This document shows, one piece after another, positions 1 to 8,312 of a stretch of DNA of 64,000 nt. The notes beneath the pieces were generated by a model, which was not told the DNA's origin, made no database searches, and worked only from the letters and a program-made list of their open reading frames with translations. The stretch's first letter is position 1. Every line of letters starts with the position of its first letter. Source of the DNA: Chloroflexota bacterium (GTDB lineage Bacteria > Chloroflexota > Dehalococcoidia > Dehalococcoidales > UBA2162); the NCBI GenBank assembly GCA_016190825.1, contig JACPPV010000009.1, forward strand, positions 65,328 to 129,327, read 5' to 3'. The translations under genes were made by a program, and so were the position numbers.

Positions 1-1673
1 GGCACCGCTTGGTTTGCGCCGGTGGGACTGATTTCGGAAGCCGCCTTGCAGTCCATCCAGTTATATGAGCCGCAAAGCCCTGTCCTCTCCGGGCTGATAA
101 CGCATACGTGGCTGGGAGCGAAGGACTGGCACAGCGTGCAGGAGTAGAAAATGTCGGTGGTTTCATCGGTCATGCCTTCAATTCTGACATCCCTTACCCG
201 GTAAGCGGCGCGTGCCGCCTCGGTTACCTTGAGCACGTCCTCATCTTTCGTATATAGCTTGATCTGTATTTTATCGAATATCCGGCTGAAGTCCTGATGC
301 AGTTTTGCGTGGAGAATTGCTCCGATGTGATGAAGGCGGAAGCCCTTTCCAAAGGCGCCTTTGCTTACCCTGAGCCAGGCGATGTCTCTCTGGCCGATAT
401 GCATCGCACCCTGGGCATAATTTATCAGATGGTGAATCTGTCTTTCGAGGATTGGCTCGTAGTCCGGCTGCATCTCGCGCCCGGCTACTTCTACGGCAAT
501 CGCCAGCGGCAGACGTGAACCGGGCTGAACATCGCTGATTTCAGGGCCGATTAGTTCGATCTTGCCGTCTTCAATCTCATCCATCCGCTTGCTGGTAACC
601 CACTCCACCATGTGGGTACGGCCTCCGCCGCACTCAAGGTAGATGTCCTCGCCGCGGACCCGCTCGCCTTCAAAGGCGGCGCCATATGCCACGGGCACGG
701 GGACTTCCGCCATGGAAACCTTTAGTCCCCTGACCTCTACGGCCTTGGCGACGATTTTATCGTGCGGGATATTGGAAACAACGTGTTCGTAGGTACAAAT
801 GCCGGTGGGCAGGACCTCGGGGATGGGCGTATCGGCGATGACTGGGAATCCCCAGTTAATTGCACCAGCGCCGTTGGCATACCACTCGTCGGTCACGTAG
901 CCGAGCGGCATGGCGAAGGCAAAAACGCGGTCCTTATTGTAAATAAGGATCTTCCGGTAATCCCCGGGTTCGATGCCACCGAAAGACATCGCCGCCCTGG
1001 TAGCAAAGCCCATAGCGAAGACGGTGGCGCTGACGTCAGGCCCGAAGGGAACAAGACGGGTCGGCCAGCCGACCTGTACTCCAGCTTCAATGAGTTGCTC
1101 AGCGAACCTCTTGCCGTTGTAATCGGCTGCCATGAAAACGTAAAGGTTTTTCTGCTGGAGCTCCTGGGCAATCTTTGCCGCCATTTCCGGCGTTGGGGCA
1201 GCGCCCAGGATGGCGGCAAAACCGGGAGCCGTGCCATCAACAAACTCAATGCCGCGCTTTCTCAGGATAATGTCATCGGCGGCGCCGAGCCAGATATTGC
1301 CCTCCGTAATGTCCTCTCCCCTGAGATAGAAGTTGGGCTGTTCCAGATACCGTATCGCCTCGATGAGCTCCTCAGCAAAGAACGTAGCCATGCCCGCATC
1401 AAGGGCAGGGGCAAGGTAGGGTAAGGGGTGGAGTTCTTTTACCGGCGGCGGTAGGATGGCCTGGCACCGTTTGAGGACAGCTTCCATGTCCCCCAGTTTT
1501 TCAACTTTCATGCCGAGAATGCCGTAAATTATCGGTAGGTAATAGGCGGTGTTCGGGAAACCAACGGGCTCGTTAGCGCCCCATTTGTCTATCGCCTCAC
1601 GCCACTTATTCTCCGCCCGGGCGACTATTTTGTGAGCCCCCCTGATTGCCGCCGATGCAATAATCTTAGACAC
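1..1673 (-). CDS. acsB: Acetyl-CoA synthase catalytic (A-cluster) subunit of CODH/ACS, N-terminal ~557 codons; gene runs off the left edge
   Basis: Absent from the ORF track because no stop lies in the window. Hand translation of the minus strand from GTG at 1673 (AGGAG about 10 nt upstream) gives VSKIIASAAIRGAHKIV...GFPNTAYYLPIIYG...CTLCQSFAPSHVCVISPERTGLCG. I recognise that Cys motif region from AcsB/CdhC. The frame is open to position 1. Confidence 0.85.
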   Translation of the reverse strand, partial: MSKIIASAAIRGAHKIVARAENKWREAIDKWGANEPVGFPNTAYYLPIIYGILGMKVEKLGDMEAVLKRCQAILPPPVKELHPLPYLAPALDAGMATFFAEELIEAIRYLEQPNFYLRGEDITEGNIWLGAADDIILRKRGIEFVDGTAPGFAAILGAAPTPEMAAKIAQELQQKNLYVFMAADYNGKRFAEQLIEAGVQVGWPTRLVPFGPDVSATVFAMGFATRAAMSFGGIEPGDYRKILIYNKDRVFAFAMPLGYVTDEWYANGAGAINWGFPVIADTPIPEVLPTGICTYEHVVSNIPHDKIVAKAVEVRGLKVSMAEVPVPVAYGAAFEGERVRGEDIYLECGGGRTHMVEWVTSKRMDEIEDGKIELIGPEISDVQPGSRLPLAIAVEVAGREMQPDYEPILERQIHHLINYAQGAMHIGQRDIAWLRVSKGAFGKGFRLHHIGAILHAKLHQDFSRIFDKIQIKLYTKDEDVLKVTEAARAAYRVRDVRIEGMTDETTDIFYSCTLCQSFAPSHVCVISPERTGLCGSYNWMDCKAASEISPTGANQAV

Positions 1674-1713
1674 CTTTCGTTATCTCCTTCTATCCGCTTT
1701 CATCCGCCCTGGG

Positions 1714-3687
1714 TTACACTGCCTCGAGTTCACGTCTCATCGCCATATCATAAAGCACCCTTTCCCGGGCTTTATCGATTCCGAGTGCTTTCCGCTTCTT
1801 GTCAATGTGGTCAATCATCATGTGAGCCGCCTTGACAGGATCCGGCTCAAACGCCCACATCCCGCCGTACATTTGTTCCATATCTTTGAACAGGAACTCG
1901 GTGGCTTCCTTGCTGCCGACCGTTGGCCAGGTGGTGCCGAACACGGTGAAAACACCGGAAGACACGAAGTACTGGCCGATTGCGATTGCCTTTTCGCTCA
2001 TCCATTCCGGCGCCGCGCCGGCAACCGGCAGATCGCTGATATCGTCGCCAAGACCGCCATCCTTGACCATGGCGGTAGCCGCGATCAAAAGTCTGGAGTT
2101 GTCAATACAGGCTCCCACATGCAAGACCGGCGGGATTCCCACCGCTTCGCAAACGGAAGCGAGACCGGGTCCGGCAAACTCGGCGGCCGCTTCAGGTACC
2201 ATAAGGCCCGCCTTGCCGCTCGCCATCGCCATACAGCCTGTCTGCAGGACAAGGACATCATTCTTGATGAGTTCCTTGACCATGAGAAGGTTGCCCTGGT
2301 CGTGAATCGTCCGCGGATTGTTGCAGCCAACCACGCCGGCTACACCGCGGATACGGCCGTTGATGATGTTATCATTCAATGGCCGGTAGGAAGCCCGGAA
2401 CATGCCGCCGAGCAGATAATTGATTGTCTCGTGGCTGAACCCGGCAATCATGTCTGCTTTGTGGTTAGGAATACGGACGTTGCTGCCGCGGTTGACAAAG
2501 TTGTCCACCGCCGCTCGGACTATCGCCCTGGCGGATTCAATGGCGTGATGTTCGTCAAACTGCATGTGGACTGCACCCTGAATCTTGGCCCTGGCGTCGG
2601 TCGTGATTACTTTTGTATGGTAGCAGTTGGCGGTATCGGCCAGGCCCTGCATAATGCACTGCACGTCAACTACCATCGCTTCCACCGCGCCGGTCACGAT
2701 TGCCAGCTCCTGCTGGAGGAAGTTACCCGCGATTGGCACGCCGTGGCGCATAAGCATTTCGTTGGCGGTGCAGCACATACCGGCAAGATTTATTCCCTTT
2801 GCCCCCTTCGATTTCGCGTAGGCAATCATCTCCGGCTCTTGAGAGGCCACGGCCAGCATTTCGGCGAGCTGTGGCTCGTGGCCGTGGATGATGATGTTGA
2901 CCTCGTCCTCCTTTAGGACGCCGAGATTTATCTGGCTAAGGAGCGGAGCCGGCGTTCCGAAGATAATATCCTGGATTTCGGTGCCGATCATGCTGCCGCC
3001 CCAGCCGTCCGCCAGCCCTACCTTTGACCCGAAGTTAAGCAGGTCATGGTACTCCTGGTCCGTGCCCATGTGGGTCCGGTGCATGGCTTCCGCAACTTCA
3101 ATATCAATCCCGCGGGGGGCAATACCCCACTTGCGCCATATCTCCTGGCGCTTCAGCGGAGCCCGCTTCAGGAAAAGAAGCTCTCCTTCCTGTTTCCCAA
3201 ACTCATTCACCAGCAGTTTGCCCAGATCAACGGCGATTTCCTCGTTGCTGCGATCGCCGATCTTGACCCCAAGGTCAAGCGCAAGTGAAAGCAGCTTCTG
3301 CTCGTCTTTGATCTGGTAGCCCGGAGCCTTACCCTCCGCAATGTCCAGGAACAGCTTGGCCATGACCCTTCCGTGGTCGCCATGAGATGCGGTCCCAGCC
3401 GCTATTTTCCGGACGAAGTTTCTGGCCGCAATCGTCTCAGCAGTCGCGCCGCAAACACCCCGGCGCCTCTTCTTCTCCTCCGGCGTTTCCTCTCTTGCCC
3501 TCGGTAGCGGGACCCGGCATGGTCCCATGGCACAAATGGAACAGCAATTCCCATCAGCCCCAATAGGACAGGGCGATATTCTCTCCGCCCGTTCAAAAGC
3601 ATTGGGCACGCCTTCCTGGGCTGCCTTTTCGATCATCTCCAGAGTTGCTGGATCGATACTCTTTATTTCATTTTTTCCTGGTGACAT
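1714..3687 (-). CDS. cooS: Ni-dependent carbon monoxide dehydrogenase catalytic subunit
   Basis: 657-aa track ORF. The N-terminal Cys cluster CPIGADGNCCSICAMGPCR and the length are typical of CooS/AcsA. AAGGAGGAGG lies upstream of the ATG, and the stop is 40 nt before the acsB start. Confidence 0.9.
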   Translation of the reverse strand: MSPGKNEIKSIDPATLEMIEKAAQEGVPNAFERAERISPCPIGADGNCCSICAMGPCRVPLPRAREETPEEKKRRRGVCGATAETIAARNFVRKIAAGTASHGDHGRVMAKLFLDIAEGKAPGYQIKDEQKLLSLALDLGVKIGDRSNEEIAVDLGKLLVNEFGKQEGELLFLKRAPLKRQEIWRKWGIAPRGIDIEVAEAMHRTHMGTDQEYHDLLNFGSKVGLADGWGGSMIGTEIQDIIFGTPAPLLSQINLGVLKEDEVNIIIHGHEPQLAEMLAVASQEPEMIAYAKSKGAKGINLAGMCCTANEMLMRHGVPIAGNFLQQELAIVTGAVEAMVVDVQCIMQGLADTANCYHTKVITTDARAKIQGAVHMQFDEHHAIESARAIVRAAVDNFVNRGSNVRIPNHKADMIAGFSHETINYLLGGMFRASYRPLNDNIINGRIRGVAGVVGCNNPRTIHDQGNLLMVKELIKNDVLVLQTGCMAMASGKAGLMVPEAAAEFAGPGLASVCEAVGIPPVLHVGACIDNSRLLIAATAMVKDGGLGDDISDLPVAGAAPEWMSEKAIAIGQYFVSSGVFTVFGTTWPTVGSKEATEFLFKDMEQMYGGMWAFEPDPVKAAHMMIDHIDKKRKALGIDKARERVLYDMAMRRELEAV

Positions 3688-3749
3688 CTGGCTTCCTCCT
3701 CCTTTTCACTCCTGGTATGTTCTTGTCTCGTGACTTCATTCATACAAAA

Positions 3750-4124
3750 TTACTCGCACCCCTGACAATATCCGGCGAACTCAAGATAATGCCGCCTGAC
3801 ACTGAAACCGGTATCTTTTGATACCTTCCCATCAAGTTCGCTATCAGCTGACAGGTGCACGTCCACAATTGCGCCGCACCGTTCACACCGGAAATGGCAA
3901 TGCTTGTCACCGTTTACCTCATACCGGCCCTGCATACCTATCTCCAGCCGCCGGATTTCACCGTCTCTTTCCAATACATTGAGGTTTCGGTAAATCGTGC
4001 CCAGGCTAATCCTGGGCATCTCCTGCCGCACCTGCTCATATATCCAGCCCGCATCAGGATGACTGCTTGTGTGCCTGATGGCATTCAGGATGGCTATTTT
4101 CTGTTTTGATTCCCTGGTCATCAT
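3750..4124 (-). CDS. Fur/Zur/PerR-family metalloregulator
   Basis: wHTH-like segment LGTIYRNLNVLERDGEIRR plus paired Cys motifs HCHFRCERCG and CQGC at the C-terminus. The track start at 4133 is TTG; ATG at 4124 or 4121 is more likely. No clear SD. Confidence 0.8.
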   Translation of the reverse strand: MMTRESKQKIAILNAIRHTSSHPDAGWIYEQVRQEMPRISLGTIYRNLNVLERDGEIRRLEIGMQGRYEVNGDKHCHFRCERCGAIVDVHLSADSELDGKVSKDTGFSVRRHYLEFAGYCQGCE

Positions 4125-4152
4125 GAATAGCAAACAGTAATGCTTATCAGTT

Positions 4153-4184
4153 GTAATTATAGGAATTACTCATCCGCTCGTCAA
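4153..4184 (-). promoter_or_regulatory. Near-consensus sigma70-type promoter TTGACG-17-TATAAT with a 17-bp palindrome GTAATTcctatAATTAC over the -10
   Basis: Minus-strand read: -35 at 4184..4179 (6 nt after the acsD stop), 17-nt spacer, -10 at 4161..4156. The perfect 6+5+6 palindrome spans 4153..4169. Confidence 0.5.
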
Positions 4185-4190
4185 GCTTGT

Positions 4191-5141
4191 TCAGACCGTT
4201 CCGGTCAACTCGGCGATCATCTGGCGAACAAGTTTTATGGCTTCCGGATGCCTCATGATCAAAACATCCGCTCCGGCAAGCAGCAAACACTGTGCGGACA
4301 TAGCTTCGAGAAGAATACCTCTCTTGCCGGCGTCTCCCATGGTCGGGTCTTCGGCCGCTGTGATCCTTGTCTCTTTCGCCTTCCACGTCTCCTTGGAGAT
4401 GTTTGATATTATCGGGAATTGGAGCTTGTCATCTTGCTGGGTTAAAGCCGCCATCCGTACCCGCTCTATGACGGAATAGGCATACTCAAGTCCGTATCCA
4501 ATCCCGCTCACAGTGGTATCCATGATCAAATTCTGTTCTGATACGCCGAGGTTTCCCAGAAGGATATTCAACTGCTTGGCAAGGTTAATGTCTATGGGAG
4601 TTGAGGCGATAACAACGTGCTGAAAACCGATGGCGGCGGCGCCAATTCTCTTATGATCGCCTTCTTCCACCGGGCCGAGGAGCAGGTTCTTTCCCTGGCA
4701 TAGCTCGGCGATTCGCCTCAATACCTCGGTATCCTTATCATGGTTGGCAGTTCCCCAGACAATCAGGGGAACATCAACAGCGTCGGCGACTTTTTTTGCC
4801 AGTTGGGCAGCCTCTTCAGCATCACGGTTAAGCCCGTTAGGGTCTGTGCTGATGAGCTGCAGGCATATCATATCCGCCCCGTAATCGGAAATGCACTTTT
4901 TCGCCCAGGCTACAGGGTCGCCCGTTACCCCGACGAAAGGTTTAAGCGCCTCCTCGGCCCAGTCCTCAGGCGGGTAGTCCCATACCTCCATGGCTATCCT
5001 GGGTGCATTGGGCATTTGCCCCTCGAAAATGTAAAAAGGGTAACATGTCTCCCCGCCGACAGCCACCGCCTTATTGCCCTTGCCCAAAGTAAACGCCTTG
5101 ATTTTGCCGTTATAAAGGGTTTTCGCAATCTCTATTGCCAT
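4191..5141 (-). CDS. acsD: Corrinoid iron-sulfur protein small subunit (AcsD/CdhD-type)
   Basis: 316-aa ORF recognisable as the small CFeSP subunit by its context beside cooS/acsB and its length and sequence character. GAGGA lies 5 nt upstream of the ATG. Confidence 0.8.
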   Translation of the reverse strand: MAIEIAKTLYNGKIKAFTLGKGNKAVAVGGETCYPFYIFEGQMPNAPRIAMEVWDYPPEDWAEEALKPFVGVTGDPVAWAKKCISDYGADMICLQLISTDPNGLNRDAEEAAQLAKKVADAVDVPLIVWGTANHDKDTEVLRRIAELCQGKNLLLGPVEEGDHKRIGAAAIGFQHVVIASTPIDINLAKQLNILLGNLGVSEQNLIMDTTVSGIGYGLEYAYSVIERVRMAALTQQDDKLQFPIISNISKETWKAKETRITAAEDPTMGDAGKRGILLEAMSAQCLLLAGADVLIMRHPEAIKLVRQMIAELTGTV

Positions 5142-5178
5142 CTACGTCCTCATACAAAACATTGAACTGAATCAACCG

Positions 5179-5397
5179 CTAGGCAGGCGTTTTCCTCTTT
5201 TCGCTGCCATACCACTCTTTGCCGTACCAGTACCGCTCAGCGGTCTCGAGGTACTTCAGCCTGTCTGCCCGGCTGGCGATTTTCTGCCGCCAGCGGCCCA
5301 TCTCATCATCTTCCGGTTTGCCTTCTTCAAAAGTCGGCCCGAGCACTTCCACCTCGTCCCTCCCAGGTGCGCTTTTCTTTTCAAGTTGATACGTCAT
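5179..5397 (-). CDS. Small hypothetical protein (72 aa) inside the Wood-Ljungdahl cluster
   Basis: GGAGG lies 8 nt upstream of the ATG at 5397, directly after the folD stop. The track start at 5406 is a GTG overlapping that SD. The protein has an acidic N-terminus and a W/Y-rich C-terminus (RYWYGKEWYG). No family recognised. Confidence 0.45.
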   Translation of the reverse strand: MTYQLEKKSAPGRDEVEVLGPTFEEGKPEDDEMGRWRQKIASRADRLKYLETAERYWYGKEWYGSEKRKTPA

Positions 5398-5412
5398 CTC
5401 TTCCACCTCCAG

Positions 5413-6297
5413 CTAAACTAGTCCTGCCGCCTTCCTGGCCGACCAGACCGTGGTCGCCAGTAACATCGTAATCAACATCGGCCCCACCCCACCGGGAACG
5501 GGCGTTATCGCCCCGGCCTTTTCTTTTACGGCGTCAAAATCAACATCCCCAACGGTCCTTCTCTTTTTGGTGACCGGGTCTTCTACAAAGTTTGAGCCAA
5601 AGTCCAGCACCACCACGCCCTCTCTTACCATATCGGTGGTGATGAACTTCGGCTTATTTACCGATACCACCAGGATATCCGCCCGGCGGGTATAGGCAGC
5701 AAGATCGGGGGTAGAAGGGTGGACCAGGGTAACGTTTGCCATTGCCTTCTCCTTATCCTGTGCCAGGATGGAGGCGAGTGGCTTGCCGACAAGGTTATCC
5801 ACATTCACGATAACCACGTCCTTGTACTTGACGTCATATCCTCCCCTGATGAGGATCTCATGCATGGCGATTGCCACCGCCGGCACGAAGGCGGACTGTC
5901 CCAGCCATGATTTGCCCACATTTACCGCCTGAAAGCCGTCAACATCTTTGTCCGGGGAAACGGCCGCCAGGGCTTTCTCCTCCGAAAGGTGCTTGGGCAA
6001 GGGAAGCTGGACAAAAATACCGTGCACCTTCGGGTCGCCATTCAGCCTTTCTATGTTGCTCAGAAGCTCCTGTTCCGTGACGGTGTCGGGCAAGCGGCAC
6101 ATCAATTCGGCTACGCCAACTTCCTCGCATGCTTTTGCCTTCAGACCAACATAGGTGACTGAGCCCGGGTCCTCACCCACGAGCACCCCGGCGAGGCCAG
6201 GGGTGATTCCCCGCTCTTTGAGGCGGTCCACTTCGCCCTTAAGGTCTTCCCTTATTTGAGCGGATATTGCTCTTCCATCCAGAATTTTGGCTGGCAT
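5413..6297 (-). CDS. folD: FolD-family paralog A. Lys motif retained; dinucleotide-binding and CTPxG motifs degenerate
   Basis: 294 aa. YVGLKAKACEEVG matches E. coli YVASKRKACEEVG. GxSxxxG is replaced by NVDNLVG, PCTPxG by PAVAIA, and GKP by NKP. ITPVPGGVGPM is retained. Confidence 0.85.
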   Translation of the reverse strand: MPAKILDGRAISAQIREDLKGEVDRLKERGITPGLAGVLVGEDPGSVTYVGLKAKACEEVGVAELMCRLPDTVTEQELLSNIERLNGDPKVHGIFVQLPLPKHLSEEKALAAVSPDKDVDGFQAVNVGKSWLGQSAFVPAVAIAMHEILIRGGYDVKYKDVVIVNVDNLVGKPLASILAQDKEKAMANVTLVHPSTPDLAAYTRRADILVVSVNKPKFITTDMVREGVVVLDFGSNFVEDPVTKKRRTVGDVDFDAVKEKAGAITPVPGGVGPMLITMLLATTVWSARKAAGLV

Positions 6298-6325
6298 ATT
6301 ATCGATCTCCTAAATCTCTTCGTTG

Positions 6326-7204
6326 TTATCCGGCCAGCTTCTCGGCAGCTTTGACGGTATTCACCATCAGCATGACCGATGTCACCGCGCCTGTCCCCCC
6401 GGGAACGGGCGTTATCGCGCCGGCCACCTCTTTCACCGCTTCGAAATCGACATCCCCCACCTGCTTATTCTTTCCAGTGACCGGGTCCGGAATGAAATTC
6501 ACCCCAACATCAATTACCACGGTGCCCTCTCTTACCATGTCAGCGGTGATTGCTTTAGCTCTGCCCATTGCGGCCACCAGGATATCAGCCTGCCGGGTAA
6601 ATGCGCTCAGATTCTTCGTCCCAGTATGGCATACGGTCACCGTGGCATTGGCTCCCTTTTGCTTCTGGACAAATATCCCCACTAACGGCTTACCAACTAT
6701 ATTGCTGCGACCTACGATGACCACGTGTTTCCCATTCGGGTCATGCCCGCTCCGCATCAGCAGCTCCTGGACCCCGTATGGCGTGGAGGGGAAAAACGTA
6801 TCCTCCCCGAGCAGTAGCTTGCCGGTGCTTATCGGGTTAGTCCCGTCCACGTCCTTATCGGGGGAGATGGCGCTTTCCGCTTCAAGAGCATTAAGCTGCC
6901 CGGGCAACGGCAGGAAAAGCAGGATGCCGTGCACTTTGCTATCCCGATTCAACTCGTCTATTTTCGTCAAAAGCTCCTGCTGCGTAATGGTGGCTGGAAG
7001 CCTCGCGCTCTCGGTAAGCACGCCAACTTCCCCGCAGGTCCGGGTGATTCCCCGGAGATAGGAAATGGAAGCCGGGTCCTCACCCACCAGAATCGTCACC
7101 AGTTTTGGACTTACTCCCTTTTCCTGCAAATGGTTTATTCTCTGCTTGAGGTCAGCTTGAATGTCAGCTGCAATCTTTCTTCCATCAATTATTTCTGCGG
7201 GCAT
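6326..7204 (-). CDS. folD: FolD-family paralog B. Rossmann and CTPxG motifs retained; Lys motif lost
   Basis: 292 aa. VVIVGRSNIVGKPL, TVCHTGT, ADILVAAMGRAKAI and PSTPYG are canonical. The Lys-motif position reads YLRGITRTCGEVG, with Ile where the catalytic Lys aligns. Confidence 0.85.
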   Translation of the reverse strand: MPAEIIDGRKIAADIQADLKQRINHLQEKGVSPKLVTILVGEDPASISYLRGITRTCGEVGVLTESARLPATITQQELLTKIDELNRDSKVHGILLFLPLPGQLNALEAESAISPDKDVDGTNPISTGKLLLGEDTFFPSTPYGVQELLMRSGHDPNGKHVVIVGRSNIVGKPLVGIFVQKQKGANATVTVCHTGTKNLSAFTRQADILVAAMGRAKAITADMVREGTVVIDVGVNFIPDPVTGKNKQVGDVDFEAVKEVAGAITPVPGGTGAVTSVMLMVNTVKAAEKLAG

Positions 7205-7243
7205 TTTCGCCTCCCGATAGTATTGGCTGTATTTCCTGATTCT

Positions 7244-8017
7244 TTAGCTTTTCCCTGGTACAGACTGCAAGACCATTTCCATCAGCTTATCAACCGCCGA
7301 TACCGCCCTGGAGGTGTCCGGCAGTTCGAGCAGCGGCCTCGCTTCGAGGTCATACTGGTATATCAGGTCGTCCTGGGGAACAATCACGTCCGGGTTTAGC
7401 TCCAGCTTTGCCATCTCTTCAACAATTGGCGGAGCCAGTTCATCCGGGACCATGTTGATGATGACGAATTGCCTTTTTACGATTAGTCCCAGCTCTGATA
7501 CCAGCTCCTTGATTCTTGCCAACGTCCGCACACCCTTCACGGAGTGATTGGAGACCAGAAGTAGCGCATCGATATTCTGCGTTGTCCTGCGGCTCAGGTG
7601 CTCCATCCCCGCCTCGTTGTCCATAACCACGTAGGCGTAGTTTCCCGCCAGCGAGTCCGCCGTTTTTCTCAGGACAACGTTCGGGTAGCAATAGCACTCG
7701 GGACCTTCACCCCGGCCCATGGTCAGCAGGTCGATACTTGGGCTTTCAATGATAGCTTCATTAAGCCGATATTGAAGATAAGCCTCCTTGGTCATGCCGG
7801 GAGGAATGCCAATCTTCACCTCATTAAAAGAAGCAATTATCGCGCCAACGGTCTCCTTGACCGTTAGCCCCAGGCTATCCCCCAGGTTGGCATTGGCATC
7901 AGCGTCAACGGCTAGAATCGGGACCATGTTCCGGTTCTTCAGATAACGGATCACAATGCTTGTGACCGATGTCTTGCCGCTACCGCCCTTGCCGGCTACT
8001 GCTATCGAAAAAGTCAA
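7244..8017 (-). CDS. cooC: CODH/ACS nickel-insertion ATPase (CooC/AcsF family)
   Basis: P-loop GKGGSGKT at the N-terminus and a CxC motif (GPECYCYPN). TTG start with AAGGAGAGG upstream. Confidence 0.85.
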   Translation of the reverse strand: MTFSIAVAGKGGSGKTSVTSIVIRYLKNRNMVPILAVDADANANLGDSLGLTVKETVGAIIASFNEVKIGIPPGMTKEAYLQYRLNEAIIESPSIDLLTMGRGEGPECYCYPNVVLRKTADSLAGNYAYVVMDNEAGMEHLSRRTTQNIDALLLVSNHSVKGVRTLARIKELVSELGLIVKRQFVIINMVPDELAPPIVEEMAKLELNPDVIVPQDDLIYQYDLEARPLLELPDTSRAVSAVDKLMEMVLQSVPGKS

Positions 8018-8119
8018 ATCCTCTCCTTATTAGCCCTAGTAAACAGGAATGTTTCCTGTTTTATTCTACAATACCCTGGAATTGTTCGCCACTACCTGAT
8101 TGTACAAGCTATTGTTACG

Positions 8120-8174
8120 TTTCCCCTCGCCTTAAGGGGAGGGGTGAGGGGAAAATGCTGTTGTGCCCTCACCC
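8120..8174 (-). other. Two mutually exclusive 9-bp G/C-rich hairpins in the fhs-cooC spacer
   Basis: TTTCCCCTC (8120-8128) pairs with GAGGGGAAA (8146-8154). GGGTGAGGG (8142-8150) pairs with CCCTCACCC (8166-8174). The middle segments overlap by 5 nt (8146-8150), so only one helix can form at a time. Confidence 0.55.
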
Positions 8175-8194
8175 TTGATAGTTATGTTATCTCG

Positions 8195-8278
8195 CCGTTC
8201 GCCCCGAGCCTGTCGAAGGACGCACCGCTCGTGGTTTCCTTCGGCTTGGCTCAGGACAGGCTAGCTCACCACGAACGG
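8195..8278. repeat. Intergenic palindromic repeat, family A (CCGTTCG...CGAACGG ends)
   Basis: ccgttcgccccgagcctgtcgaagg...agctcaccacgaacgg. The same ends and flanks recur inverted at 21034..21093, with a fragment at about 21672..21700. Confidence 0.6.
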
Positions 8279-8312
8279 TGCGCCCAATCGCGTATTTCTG
8301 TGAGACCGAGCG

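Noticed and set aside
1807-2916. 369-aa plus-strand ORF, and other long antisense ORFs: 762-1424, 6267-7061, 8511-9590, 23140-24051, 24067-24921, 35378-36160, 36443-38140, 46313-47635, 60070-61104, 20783-21466
   Set aside because: Each lies entirely antisense to a gene with unmistakable family motifs (cooS, acsB, folD, fhs, uvrB, secA, pcrA and others). Their translations are Arg/Pro/Gly/His-rich low-complexity strings with no recognisable motifs and no SD. They are typical shadow ORFs of GC-skewed codon usage.
8136-8151. GGGGAGGGGTGAGGGG as a G-quadruplex
   Set aside because: Only three G-runs are present and a fourth is missing nearby. The Watson-Crick hairpins reported above explain the sequence better.
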